Shown in pieces: positions 40,701 through 49,070 of a stretch of 64,000 nucleotides of DNA. The first letter of the stretch is position 1. Each line of letters opens with the position of its first letter. The translations under genes were made by a program, and so were the position numbers. The notes below the pieces were generated by a model. It searched no databases and was not told the origin of the DNA. It worked only from the letters and a program-made list of their open reading frames with translations. This DNA is from a virus (lineage: Duplodnaviria > Caudoviricetes), in IMG/VR virus record IMGVR_UViG_3300008267_000012; one strand, 5' to 3'.

Positions 40701-41015
40701 AAAATCAACTGAAAAATCATTTGGTTTTGGAATAAACCCATCAAACATATTATATACGGACCTTCTACCAAATTCTTCCAATAATCTAGTAGCACCAATT
40801 TGTAATAATTGACTATTTTTTGCATCAACCAATCTTTCTACAACATTTAATATTGTATTATTTCTATAGTCAAATCCTGTTATCCTATTTAATAAATCAA
40901 TACTCCTAGTAACAATATCACTACTCAAATCATATGGAGAATCAATTTTATATAAATTACCTTTTAATTGGTTATCTCTCTGTCCTTCTCCTGTTATAGT
41001 AATTGGTGTTGGCAT
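37794..41015 (-). CDS. Baseplate/tube-initiator-like protein with internal OmpA-like domain
   Basis: Two gp48/gp54-type segments (FLGRPEPIFSYQNTTRNLSLTF; FGRMPVFILRYGDFLHTK...TVTMDLTLLGG) flank IEGSSTD...YNRNLSFSRA. Confidence 0.55.
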   Translation of the reverse strand: MPTPITITGEGQRDNQLKGNLYKIDSPYDLSSDIVTRSIDLLNRITGFDYRNNTILNVVERLVDAKNSQLLQIGATRLLEEFGRRSVYNMFDGFIPKPNDFSVDFEGSFKKHDANITDANKNPNRTFSDRALEGTIGYRSNENYLLNFAADSNVSEYKYSSDIYFYYSGKLIQDKIRRTGYLNTFSTYSQNPWITDRTSLSIVFQNTYDSEWLNLENAGNRGLTEFYTFKDIEYYTQSYFTLYEKPSGSLTKDYIQERKNLEGRQGFGTLSNKPVDETKNIGLKKAVIFENKDDASGQFTERQKYYADSDGSFIYDSDPAVQEIILNDHKVKRGLIYFTSKLAEENKVIAQNTKKLYTDVDTNIVYYKGNGECRTFTVYQQYDNFSKLIRFNGNNEKNSVLKESVLPKIAPYDGDTIDDRRRHFFTMENLAVRVTNDDDGDQGPNGGRWMWFPPYDVKISDNNTVNWTDMNFLGRPEPIFSYQNTTRNLSLTFRLLIDTVKEMQDLKPTLENYRAYLHNCGNYLFDVDSFINNKQETDKTQNDKVTKQKAETKFINAPVQYFFKNGYYDTDTVSVDYSVLDSCTELNKDANGTIPNPLLSSTTLAFNASFLSTISAATDQLIELIASGSVEKIEIDIEGSSTDLIASKSRGSTQARNYNRNLSFSRAYGFMTEFITFYNSVATYTIDSISPDNIVPTDSKELPIPGQLKYELGIYAQNEILLVFNLKPKGDSLSNGSTFEKRNDPNEISDRFAKMKGFKVTFSENANAPNTESAIDPQLNDDAQDKIRQGDFSKVIGQNNDPILNLNFEKIEETHKFPMGFERLNTFTPVFNSQTPFDFTKRYVFLHQLTRPSRLRNSNNVENTVFGRMPVFILRYGDFLHTKAIARSINFDISESTWDLNPEGMGVIPLYCTVTMDLTLLGGQSLAGPIDRIQTASDSSFIANTSFNSGRYNKNVRFTSSRKEEGYQYKGKGSGEEKTNVKTKPADSPQSTPPPINTPKLPLPAFQPPTFAGIATTNATTNIGPSTFRGDVNTLDFITQEELEKQQLEEQKQIIEENLNFFNNNPFAEFPGG

Positions 41016-41079
41016 TAATCTTTTTTCATAAATAGCGTATTTTATTTGTTATATCTATAAAAAGATATATATTTATATT

Positions 41080-41829
41080 ATGGAAAAATTTGAAATATAT
41101 CCTGACACTCTTCCATTTAGTGTAAATTTTGAAGATGCATTGAAATCTTGCAAAATATTAGGGGATAGTTGGAGATTACCAACTAAAGATGAATTAAACG
41201 AAATGTTCAAAAACCATAAAGATAAATTGGGTGATTATGGTGTTTGGTCTTCAACTGAATATAATAATGACTATGCCTGGTCACAAGGATTTACAACAGG
41301 TAATATTTATATAAACCCTAAAACTAATGTTAATAGAGTTAGACCTGTTAGAACTCTAACCTCAGAACTATACGGTCCTGATAGAGGTAGAGATTGGTGG
41401 GCAAATTTAACACCACCTTTAGCACCTTCTGATAATGATGCTTCAATATTTAAAGATTATCTATTAAATGGTACTACACTCTTACTAGGTTGTACTAAAA
41501 ACTTAATACCTTTAAGCGATGCACAAATGGATATAGACCCTTGGTATGTTGCTGATACTGTAATCACACAAGATTGGACAACTAATACTAAATTCTACGA
41601 TAATATTATTGGTGATGGTGTATTAAACTTAGATAAAGAACTTGCTGAAAAAGTATTGGATATGTGTTATAAACATTGTGATAATTTTGTTGTAAGATGT
41701 TTTAATAGGAAACTACCAAATATGACAGTTGCTTCACATTTTCCAAATAAAAAAGACTTTCTTATTCCTCCAACAATAATTGAACAATTTGATGAATACA
41801 CATTTTATATTTGGAATTTTTATAAATGA
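41080..41829 (+). CDS. DUF1566/Lcl-like (CLec-type) domain fused to SAM-methyltransferase-like domain
   Basis: WRLPTKDEL, WSSTEYNNDYAW..F, NRVRPVR; C-terminal LLLGCT, (M)DIDP, QDW, IIGDGVLNL Rossmann-like pattern. Confidence 0.6.
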   Translation: MEKFEIYPDTLPFSVNFEDALKSCKILGDSWRLPTKDELNEMFKNHKDKLGDYGVWSSTEYNNDYAWSQGFTTGNIYINPKTNVNRVRPVRTLTSELYGPDRGRDWWANLTPPLAPSDNDASIFKDYLLNGTTLLLGCTKNLIPLSDAQMDIDPWYVADTVITQDWTTNTKFYDNIIGDGVLNLDKELAEKVLDMCYKHCDNFVVRCFNRKLPNMTVASHFPNKKDFLIPPTIIEQFDEYTFYIWNFYK

Positions 41830-42860
41830 GTATAAATGAAAAAATAGCATCCGATGTTCAAAGATTATTAACATACTTTGAGCAATCTCAATGGATTCAT
41901 AATGTTGATTATAGTATCTTAAAAGATTTAAAAATAATCACAAGAGAAGACTTGAGAAATATTAAAATGGAAAAGCAGTTTTATAAATGCAAAACATCAG
42001 GTTCAACAGGAGAACCTGTAAGTCTTGAAAAAACTTATGCTGACCTTGTTTGGTATATGGCAACCAATATTAGAGAATTAAGATGGAGAAAATGGGATGT
42101 ATCAAAGAATATTGCAATTATAAAATTTGATTCAAAACCAATAGTAAAAGATTCTTGGGGTATTCCAAAGTCAATTGAACCAATACAAGGTAAAACATTT
42201 ATAAATCATTATCTATCAATATCAGAATTACAATCCTGGCTTGAAGAAGTTAATCCACATTATATTCAAGCAATACCATCCATTATATCTCAATTAGATT
42301 TATCAAAAATAACAAACTTAATTGATTATAAAGGAACAGGTGAAGTAGGTGGTTCAATGTATTCTAGTGAAGAATGTGGAACAATAGCAATACAATGTCC
42401 TGATAATCCATCATTTATGCATGTGATGGAAAATATTATTATAGAAGTTGAAGATGATGGTGCTTTAATTATAACCTGTACAACAAATCCATATATTAAA
42501 AGATATAAACATGGTGACCATATTGAATTAGGAGAGTGTACTTGTAAAAGACAATTACAAACTATTAAAAAAATTAATGGAAGAGTAAGAAATATGTTTG
42601 TTCTACCAAATGGTGATAAGAAATGGCCTCTAATTGGTGCTAAAGATTTTTATGAATTGTTTAAAATTAAAAGATATAAAGCAATTCAAACAACCATAAA
42701 TGACTTAGAACTTCATATAATTGCTGAACCATTAGGTGAAAAAGAAAATGAATTAATTAATCTTGTTCAAAAATATTTAGTTTCACCAATCAATGTTCAA
42801 ATTAAATATGTTGAGAAATTTACAGATTATAAATTTGAAGAATTTGTTTCATTGGTTTAA
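41826..42860 (+). CDS. Phenylacetate-CoA ligase (PaaK/CapK)-like adenylate-forming enzyme
   Basis: P-loop KTSGSTGEP, YSSEECG.IA.QCP, RYKHGD, GRVRN motifs. Confidence 0.8.
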   Translation: MSINEKIASDVQRLLTYFEQSQWIHNVDYSILKDLKIITREDLRNIKMEKQFYKCKTSGSTGEPVSLEKTYADLVWYMATNIRELRWRKWDVSKNIAIIKFDSKPIVKDSWGIPKSIEPIQGKTFINHYLSISELQSWLEEVNPHYIQAIPSIISQLDLSKITNLIDYKGTGEVGGSMYSSEECGTIAIQCPDNPSFMHVMENIIIEVEDDGALIITCTTNPYIKRYKHGDHIELGECTCKRQLQTIKKINGRVRNMFVLPNGDKKWPLIGAKDFYELFKIKRYKAIQTTINDLELHIIAEPLGEKENELINLVQKYLVSPINVQIKYVEKFTDYKFEEFVSLV

Positions 42861-42887
42861 AAAAACTATTTATAATAAAATTATATT

Positions 42888-43235
42888 ATGAAAACTAAAA
42901 GACTTACTTTGGAATCATTTAAATCTCTTGTAAAAAAAATAATTAAAGAAGAAATTGAAAATCAAGATTACTATGAAACATTATCTCAAGCATTAGATGT
43001 TGTTAGAGATAAAGCAGCTAGTATGGGATTTGAAGTTGATGAAGATGATATTTTTAGACATTTTGGTACAGGAGGTATTCGTTATGAAGAAACTAAATCT
43101 GCTAATATTAGATTATTTAAAGATGCTGAACCTATTATGGATAGAAGAGGAAAAGAAATGAATCGCTCACTACATGTTTCAATTTATAGAATGCCATCAG
43201 GTAGATACGAATTAACAATGTATCCAACATTTTAA
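42888..43235 (+). CDS. Hypothetical protein with N-terminal LTLESFKSLVKKIIKEE leader
   Basis: 115 aa; late-type motif at 42865; followed by terminator. Confidence 0.6.
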   Translation: MKTKRLTLESFKSLVKKIIKEEIENQDYYETLSQALDVVRDKAASMGFEVDEDDIFRHFGTGGIRYEETKSANIRLFKDAEPIMDRRGKEMNRSLHVSIYRMPSGRYELTMYPTF

Positions 43236-43247
43236 GAAAAAAAATTT

Positions 43248-43274
43248 AAAACCCTTGAGAAATCAGGGGTTTTT
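43248..43274 (+). terminator. Intrinsic terminator
   Basis: AAAACCCTTGA-GAAA-TCAGGGGTTTT hairpin followed by Ts. Confidence 0.7.
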
Positions 43275-43290
43275 CTTTTATATTTGTCTT

Positions 43291-43929
43291 ATGAAAGCAG
43301 AACTCCTATCCCATTTTGGAAGCGATTTGACCATAACTAACACAGCAAGAGTGAGTTATGGAAAACAGGTTGATGAATTCACCGATAAAGATATTAAATT
43401 AATTAACTATCTTGTTAAACACGGTCATACTTCACCGTTTAGACATTGTAGTTTACAATTTAGAATTAATTGTCCAATCTATGTTGAAAGACAATTATTT
43501 AAACATCAGGTTGGTTGGGCTGCTAATTCTATCTCAGGTAGATATGTAGACTTCTCAGATACATATACAACTGTAACAGAATGGAGAAAACAATCCACAT
43601 CTTCTAAACAAGGTAGTGAAGGTGTTATTGATAATCAAGAAATGGCTTCTATCATTGAAGCAGATATTATTGACCGTTGTAAAGGTGCTTATGAAAAACT
43701 TATTGAACTTGGTGTATCAAAAGAACAAGCAAGAACAATCTTACCTTTGAATTTGAATACAACATTTATTTGGACAGGTTCTTTCCAAGCATTTATTCAC
43801 CTTTGCAATCTTAGATTAAAACCTGATGCCCAACAGGAGACAAGAGAAGTAGTGGCTGAGATGCTTGAATGTGTTAAAAACATTGAAGGTAATCCATTTC
43901 AACATAGTCTTACCGCATTTGGATTTTAA
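43291..43929 (+). CDS. thyX: FAD-dependent thymidylate synthase ThyX
   Basis: ARVSY, GHTSPFRH, RQLFKHQ...SISGRY, EQARTILP, HLCNLR..AQQE.R; start assigned to ATG 43291 after TATATTTG. Confidence 0.92.
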   Translation: MKAELLSHFGSDLTITNTARVSYGKQVDEFTDKDIKLINYLVKHGHTSPFRHCSLQFRINCPIYVERQLFKHQVGWAANSISGRYVDFSDTYTTVTEWRKQSTSSKQGSEGVIDNQEMASIIEADIIDRCKGAYEKLIELGVSKEQARTILPLNLNTTFIWTGSFQAFIHLCNLRLKPDAQQETREVVAEMLECVKNIEGNPFQHSLTAFGF

Positions 43930-43949
43930 AAAAATTATATATTTGAATT

Positions 43950-44352
43950 ATGAATAAACTAGAAAACAAAATTTCTTCATTAAAAGAATACCAAGAACTT
44001 GCTGCAAGAACTTGCACAGATTTAGGAAGTAAAAAACTAAATAATCTTCACATGAAAATGGGTTTAATTACAGAACTTGCTGAAGCAATTGATGTGTATA
44101 AGAAGAAGATTGCTTATAAAAAAGATATTGACTATGTAAATCTTCAAGAAGAGTTAATCGGAGACACGCTTTTTTATGCAGTTAACTATTGCAGAATCAA
44201 TAAGATAATCAACATATCTTAATTTTGATTTTTATCAATCATTGACAAATAATATCAATAAACTTATGGTTCGCTACCCTGAAAAGTTTGATACTGACAA
44301 AGCAATCAACAGGGATTTAGAAACCGAAAGAAAAAGACTTGAAGATAAGTGA
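43950..44352 (+). pseudogene. MazG-like NTP pyrophosphohydrolase split by a +1 frameshift
   Basis: Frame 1 (43950-44222) has GLITELAEAIDVYKK...EELIGD. The expected C-terminus NINKLMVRYPEKF..AINRDL continues in the +1 frame (44209-44352). Confidence 0.7.
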
Positions 44353-44555
44353 AATTTATATCATTATCAAGAATATTAGGTAGACAAGGAATGATAAAAA
44401 ATAATCTTATCTCAAAAGCAAAAAATAAAATGAGAGAAGATGATGATTTTAGTAGTTCTTGTGTTACCACAAATGATGATAGATATTATGGTCTTGATGA
44501 AAGGTCAATTTTAGCTATATCAAATAAAAGAAGATACAGAGGAATAAAATATTAA
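44349..44555 (+). CDS. Small basic hypothetical protein (GTG start)
   Basis: 68-aa ORF; GTGA overlap with the MazG-like C-terminal fragment. Confidence 0.4.
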   Translation: MKFISLSRILGRQGMIKNNLISKAKNKMREDDDFSSSCVTTNDDRYYGLDERSILAISNKRRYRGIKY

Positions 44556-44561
44556 ATCACT

Positions 44562-45944
44562 ATGAACAATAACTTTCGCTTTCCAATTTCAGATATTGCT
44601 TATGAACTCTTTGGTCGCATGTATAACTTTGCTAAAGAAGCAAATATTAATGCTCTTAATGAGGATGTGACCATCATTGATGAAAATAATAAGTATGAGT
44701 TAAGATTAAATAACTATAAAAAGTATTTAAAGTTTGGTGAAAGTAATATTCAAAATATTTTTTATGGTGCATTTTTCAATGTAACAGAAAAAGGACATTC
44801 TCTTATTTTAACTTCCACTCAATTTAAACTAAAAAGACTTTCTTTTGCAGGTGAACATCTTGAAATGAGAAAACAAGGCTATGAATACCTATGCTATCCT
44901 AGCAAAAAGAATATCTCATTTGTTTTTATTTCACCAAGTGGTGCAGTAAAATTTAACCCACTTTCATCAAATAAAGCAGTTTGGCTTTCATTATCAAATA
45001 TTAAAAAGTTTCCTTTTAATTATTTTGGTTTAAATAGAGATGCTGATACTATTCAATTAAGTAAAAAACTTCTTTTTAATAATAAAAAGAATGAATGGTG
45101 TGAAAACCATTTGGAAAGAAAAAGAGCAAGAAATAATACAGCATTAACTTCGCAAAATAATTTTGCTAAATCATCATATGGTTCTTGTTCAAGTCTTCAA
45201 CAGTTTATTAATAAGATTAAAACAATTGATGAACCATTATCACATAAACAATTTACAGGTTTATCATTTGATGATATCTATGAGATAATGTCAGTTGTAC
45301 CTATATTTAAAAACCCAATTAAATATATTGATAATTATTTAGAATTTAAGGATTCCTCAAAAAAAGTTCCTGAATATCAAACATACTTTGATGATTTAAT
45401 CAAGATGGCAAATGATGTTGGTCAAAAGATTAATTTCTCTTTGAATAAAGATAATATCAAAGAACAACATGATAGAATCTTATTGGATAATCTTGACAAG
45501 ATGAAAGCAAAACAAATTCATGTTGATGATAAATATCTTATCTTGGAAAAGTATTTACCAAAACAATTTAAAATGATTAAAGATGGTAAAGACCTTTTGT
45601 TTGAAGGACTTACTCAAAAGCATTGTGTTAACTCTTATTCAGATAATATCAATAGAGGTCAATGTTGTATTCTAACAACTGAGTATGATGAAAAAAGATA
45701 TACAGCAGAAATAACCTTTGGTAGAAGTTGGTTGAGCGATGATAATCAAGAAGTTTATAGAATAAACCAATTCAAAGGTTATGCTAACTCAAGTGTACCA
45801 AATGAACTTATGAGTAAGTTGCAAGATGTTATCAATGAAGTAAATAAAAAAGAAAAAAAATATATAAACAAAATAAAAGGGCCTATTAATGACCCTTTCA
45901 TTGACAACCTTGAAGTTGTTGAATATGTTGGTAATCCGTTTTAG
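44562..45944 (+). CDS. PcfJ-like domain protein
   Basis: C-terminal EG..QKHCV.SY...I..G.C.I, TAEI, NQFKGYAN pattern. Confidence 0.7.
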   Translation: MNNNFRFPISDIAYELFGRMYNFAKEANINALNEDVTIIDENNKYELRLNNYKKYLKFGESNIQNIFYGAFFNVTEKGHSLILTSTQFKLKRLSFAGEHLEMRKQGYEYLCYPSKKNISFVFISPSGAVKFNPLSSNKAVWLSLSNIKKFPFNYFGLNRDADTIQLSKKLLFNNKKNEWCENHLERKRARNNTALTSQNNFAKSSYGSCSSLQQFINKIKTIDEPLSHKQFTGLSFDDIYEIMSVVPIFKNPIKYIDNYLEFKDSSKKVPEYQTYFDDLIKMANDVGQKINFSLNKDNIKEQHDRILLDNLDKMKAKQIHVDDKYLILEKYLPKQFKMIKDGKDLLFEGLTQKHCVNSYSDNINRGQCCILTTEYDEKRYTAEITFGRSWLSDDNQEVYRINQFKGYANSSVPNELMSKLQDVINEVNKKEKKYINKIKGPINDPFIDNLEVVEYVGNPF

Positions 45945-45946
45945 AA

Positions 45947-46234
45947 TTAACTATTGTCAAATTCATAACCAATACTATCGGCATATTTTTTACTCATTTT
46001 GCCATATTTATGAGGCATAAAATATCCATGCGAAGGTTTAATTCTTTTTTGTTGAGGAAATATACTTGCAACTTGTACATCTTTTTCAAAATACGGTTCA
46101 TAAGCCATAATTTTATTACCTTGTATTTTTAGACTCATAAATTCTTCAGGGTTTTGAGACATTTCCATTTCTTCTTTAATCATTCTTCTAACCAATCCTT
46201 TCAATTGGGATTCTGTAATTCTTACTTTTCTCAT
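45947..46234 (-). CDS. Hypothetical protein with RITESQLKGLVRRMIKEE leader
   Basis: 95 aa; late-type motif upstream at 46250. Confidence 0.6.
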   Translation of the reverse strand: MRKVRITESQLKGLVRRMIKEEMEMSQNPEEFMSLKIQGNKIMAYEPYFEKDVQVASIFPQQKRIKPSHGYFMPHKYGKMSKKYADSIGYEFDNS

Positions 46235-46276
46235 ATAAATATTTTTTTTTATAAATAGTTATTTTATATTTGTTTT

Positions 46277-46951
46277 ATGAAAATCTTTGCAATTTCAGAT
46301 ACTCATGGAAGACATGACCAAGTTCAAATACCTGAAGGAACAGATATGCTTATTCATGCAGGAGATTTTTCAAATGTAAAACTACCTGCAATGAACCATA
46401 ATGAAGTTAATTTATTTTTAATTTGGTTAGAACAACAACCTGTTAAATATAAAGTGATTATTGCAGGTAATCATGATACTTCTATTGAAAGTAGATTCAT
46501 TACCAAAGAAGATTTTAAAAATAGAGGTATTATCTATCTTGAACATGATTTAATTGAGATAGAAGGAATTAAAATATTTGGTTCTCCATATACTCCTGAG
46601 TATTGTAATTGGGCATTTAATCGCTCAAGAAATAAACTTGGTCAAATATGGGAATCAATACCTGATGATATTGACATCTTAATTACACACGGTCCACCTA
46701 AAAGTGTATTAGATTCAGCAGCAAGAGATAGACATGTAAGTGAACATGTGGGTTGTTCTGCTTTACTTAAAAGAGTATTAAAAGTACAACCAAAAATACA
46801 TATTATGGGCCATATTCACGATAATGAAGATAACAGAAACAATGGTACATTTAAATTCTTAGAATATAAAACAATCTTTGCAAATGTATCTTGCGTTAAA
46901 GATGGTGATAATCTACCATTTGTTCACAATGGTTATGAATTTGAACTTTAA
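46277..46951 (+). CDS. Calcineurin-like metallophosphoesterase
   Basis: ISDTHG, IHAGDF, IAGNHD, LITHGPP, GHIHD motifs. Confidence 0.9.
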   Translation: MKIFAISDTHGRHDQVQIPEGTDMLIHAGDFSNVKLPAMNHNEVNLFLIWLEQQPVKYKVIIAGNHDTSIESRFITKEDFKNRGIIYLEHDLIEIEGIKIFGSPYTPEYCNWAFNRSRNKLGQIWESIPDDIDILITHGPPKSVLDSAARDRHVSEHVGCSALLKRVLKVQPKIHIMGHIHDNEDNRNNGTFKFLEYKTIFANVSCVKDGDNLPFVHNGYEFEL

Positions 46952-47940
46952 AATCTTCTTTTCCTTCTGATTCTAGATTCTTCTAATTGAGGTGTATTAG
47001 CAAATGATTGTGGTGCATTTGATGCTAATTTTTCTTGTGCTAATTTATTATATGCACTTAACAATCCTGCTTTTATATTGGGTAAATTTTTAGTTTCAAT
47101 ATTCATTAATTTTAATATTCTTAAAATAATACCATCAATTTCACCACCAACAACACTTTTGTCTCTTCTTAATGTATCCTGTAATGGTCTATTTCTATCA
47201 AATACTCTACCAAACTCTTTTTCAGTTGATGTATTATCAAATTTTTGTTGCATAGGCATAGCACCATCCATTTCATTTAACATTTTACGAACCATTCCTC
47301 TTAATTGAGATTCTGTAATCCTTACCTTTTTCATATTAGTTTTATTGTAATTAGTAAATTTAGATTCAGCTATTTGATTTTTCTTTAGCATAATAAAACT
47401 ACCTACCATACTTAATATTTCATTCTTATATGGCTCTATTAAAATTTGATATACAAGAGCGATACTTCCAACTATTTTAATTAATATCTCAAAAAATTGA
47501 AATATACTATCAATAGTAATATTATTTATTAATTGAGAATTTAATATACTATTAAACCATGTCTCTAAATTAGGTATACTTTGGTATGATTTAATATAAT
47601 AAAATGTTGCACAAGCTAATGTTGATAAATATATTAAATTTTTTAAACTAGGTGTAGTGTTTAATGTAGTTAAAAGCTTATCTAAAAAATCATTATTAAT
47701 CTGATTAATATTTTTTACAATTGAATTCTTTAAATTAGTTAAATAATATTGTAATGCCTTATTATTAGTTAATAACTTTTTATAAAAATCACCTATCTCT
47801 TTTACAGTCCTAATATTGTCAAATAATTGATTAACATAATCAGTAACAATGTTCTCATTTAATTCTTTCTCCTCTAACCTCAAAACCAATTGATTACAAG
47901 ACTCTATAAATTTTTGCCTATGTGAAAATTCTTTTGACAT
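46948..47940 (-). CDS. Hypothetical protein with internal KVRITESQLRGMVRKMLNE module
   Basis: 330 aa; internal ATG at 47334 begins a module resembling the 45947 ORF N-terminus. Confidence 0.55.
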   Translation of the reverse strand: MSKEFSHRQKFIESCNQLVLRLEEKELNENIVTDYVNQLFDNIRTVKEIGDFYKKLLTNNKALQYYLTNLKNSIVKNINQINNDFLDKLLTTLNTTPSLKNLIYLSTLACATFYYIKSYQSIPNLETWFNSILNSQLINNITIDSIFQFFEILIKIVGSIALVYQILIEPYKNEILSMVGSFIMLKKNQIAESKFTNYNKTNMKKVRITESQLRGMVRKMLNEMDGAMPMQQKFDNTSTEKEFGRVFDRNRPLQDTLRRDKSVVGGEIDGIILRILKLMNIETKNLPNIKAGLLSAYNKLAQEKLASNAPQSFANTPQLEESRIRRKRRF

Positions 47941-47999
47941 TTTTTTTCATAAATAGTGAAATTCCAAAAAAAGTTGTATATTTGAACTGTGAAACACTT

Positions 48000-48083
48000 G
48001 TCAGAGTGATGAAATCGGTAGACATGCAGGACTTAAAATCCTGTGGCAGCAATGCCGTGAGGGTTCAAATCCCTCCTCTGATA
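48000..48083 (+). tRNA. trnL: tRNA-Leu (anticodon UAA)
   Basis: Acceptor GTCAGAG/CTCTGAT, anticodon arm CAGGA-CTTAAAA-TCCTG, long variable arm, T arm GAGGG-TTCAAAT-CCCTC; CCA not encoded. Confidence 0.93.
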
Positions 48084-48088
48084 CATAA

Positions 48089-48162
<74 letters not shown>

Positions 48163-48165
48163 CAA

Positions 48166-48390
48166 TGACTAAGAGATAGTCAGAGTCTTTAATCCAAGAC
48201 TTAAACAATGGATAGGTGTTTGGTAGTATCAGTCTTAATAATAAAATTGACTACTCATTGGGAATCAGGTCAGCCTATCCGCTTTCCCCCAAGTAAGGAT
48301 TGACTGTTTTCATGGGGTAAGACCCACAGGTTTTGGAACAGAAGAAAAAACCGAAGCATCTACTCACAAGTAATCTCATTGTGGGGCTTA
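48166..48390 (+). ncRNA. Candidate structured non-coding RNA in tRNA cluster
   Basis: Six complementary stems in about 225 nt without a credible + strand ORF (see findings). Confidence 0.45.
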
Positions 48391-48391
48391 T

Positions 48392-48474
48392 AGTCAGGTG
48401 GCACATAATGGGATGAATGGTTGTCCTAACCTGAGAAGGGTGGTGCGAAGCAGGTTCAACTCCTGTCCTGACTA
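48392..48474 (+). ncRNA. tRNA-like RNA lacking a recognisable anticodon arm
   Basis: Acceptor AGTCAGG/CCTGACT+A, canonical T arm GCAGG-TTCAACT-CCTGT, GCAC/GTGC stem closing an expanded loop. Confidence 0.6.
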
Positions 48475-48477
48475 CAA

Positions 48478-48627
48478 ATGAGAAGCGAAACATTTCAAAG
48501 AATACTTGATGAAATGGAAAAAGACCATTGTTGGGTTAAACTAAAAAGATGGTTTCGTATTGAACTCTATGTGATTAAATCTTTAGGAATTAAAAAATAT
48601 ATTAAAAGAAAATTATATGGAAGATAA
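48478..48627 (+). CDS. 49-aa hypothetical protein (not in ORF track)
   Basis: MRSETFQRILDEMEKDHCWVKLKRWFRIELYVIK...; overlaps the next gene start. Confidence 0.5.
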   Translation: MRSETFQRILDEMEKDHCWVKLKRWFRIELYVIKSLGIKKYIKRKLYGR

Positions 48628-48820
48628 TTTTTACAAGAGACTTCTTGATGAAAAAGTTTCATTAGAAGAAAAAGTTGAAAAACTTAAAATATTTTTATTT
48701 ACAGGAGCATTTAATCAACTTGATTTCCATCAGCAAGGTTTATTACAAATACAATTATCCGCTATGGAAACTTATTTAAAATGTTTAAATGAAAGATTGG
48801 TTTTAATAAAATCTAAATAA
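48617..48820 (+). CDS. crAss001_48-related small helical protein
   Basis: RLLDEKVSLEEKVEKLKIFL..F..L...QQGLLQIQLSAMETYLKCLNERL pattern. Confidence 0.65.
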   Translation: MEDNFYKRLLDEKVSLEEKVEKLKIFLFTGAFNQLDFHQQGLLQIQLSAMETYLKCLNERLVLIKSK

Positions 48821-48824
48821 ATAT

Positions 48825-49040
48825 ATGGCAAAATTAATGTGGGTAACAAACACAACAACTTGGTATGAGTATGAATTTACTCCTGAAGAATACAAACAAT
48901 ATCTTGAGGATGAAGATAAATTCATGGAAGAAAATGATGTGTTTGGGTCAGCTAAAATTGTTAGAGAAAAAGTATTAGGTCCTGATGATATTGAACTCAT
49001 TGATGATGAGGAAGATGATGAATTTCAGGATGAAGAATAA
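48825..49040 (+). CDS. Small acidic hypothetical protein
   Basis: 71 aa, strongly D/E-rich. Confidence 0.55.
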   Translation: MAKLMWVTNTTTWYEYEFTPEEYKQYLEDEDKFMEENDVFGSAKIVREKVLGPDDIELIDDEEDDEFQDEE

Positions 49041-49046
49041 AAAATT

Positions 49047-49070
49047 AAGGGTTAGTAAATGCTAACCCTT
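49047..49070 (+). terminator. Intrinsic terminator
   Basis: AAGGGTTAG-6nt-CTAACCCTT followed by a T-run. Confidence 0.75.

Noticed and set aside
41080-41829. Complete diversity-generating retroelement
   Set aside because: No reverse transcriptase or adenine-variant template repeat in the window.
48392-48474. tmRNA
   Set aside because: Too short, no G3:U70 alanine identity pair and no tag-reading frame.
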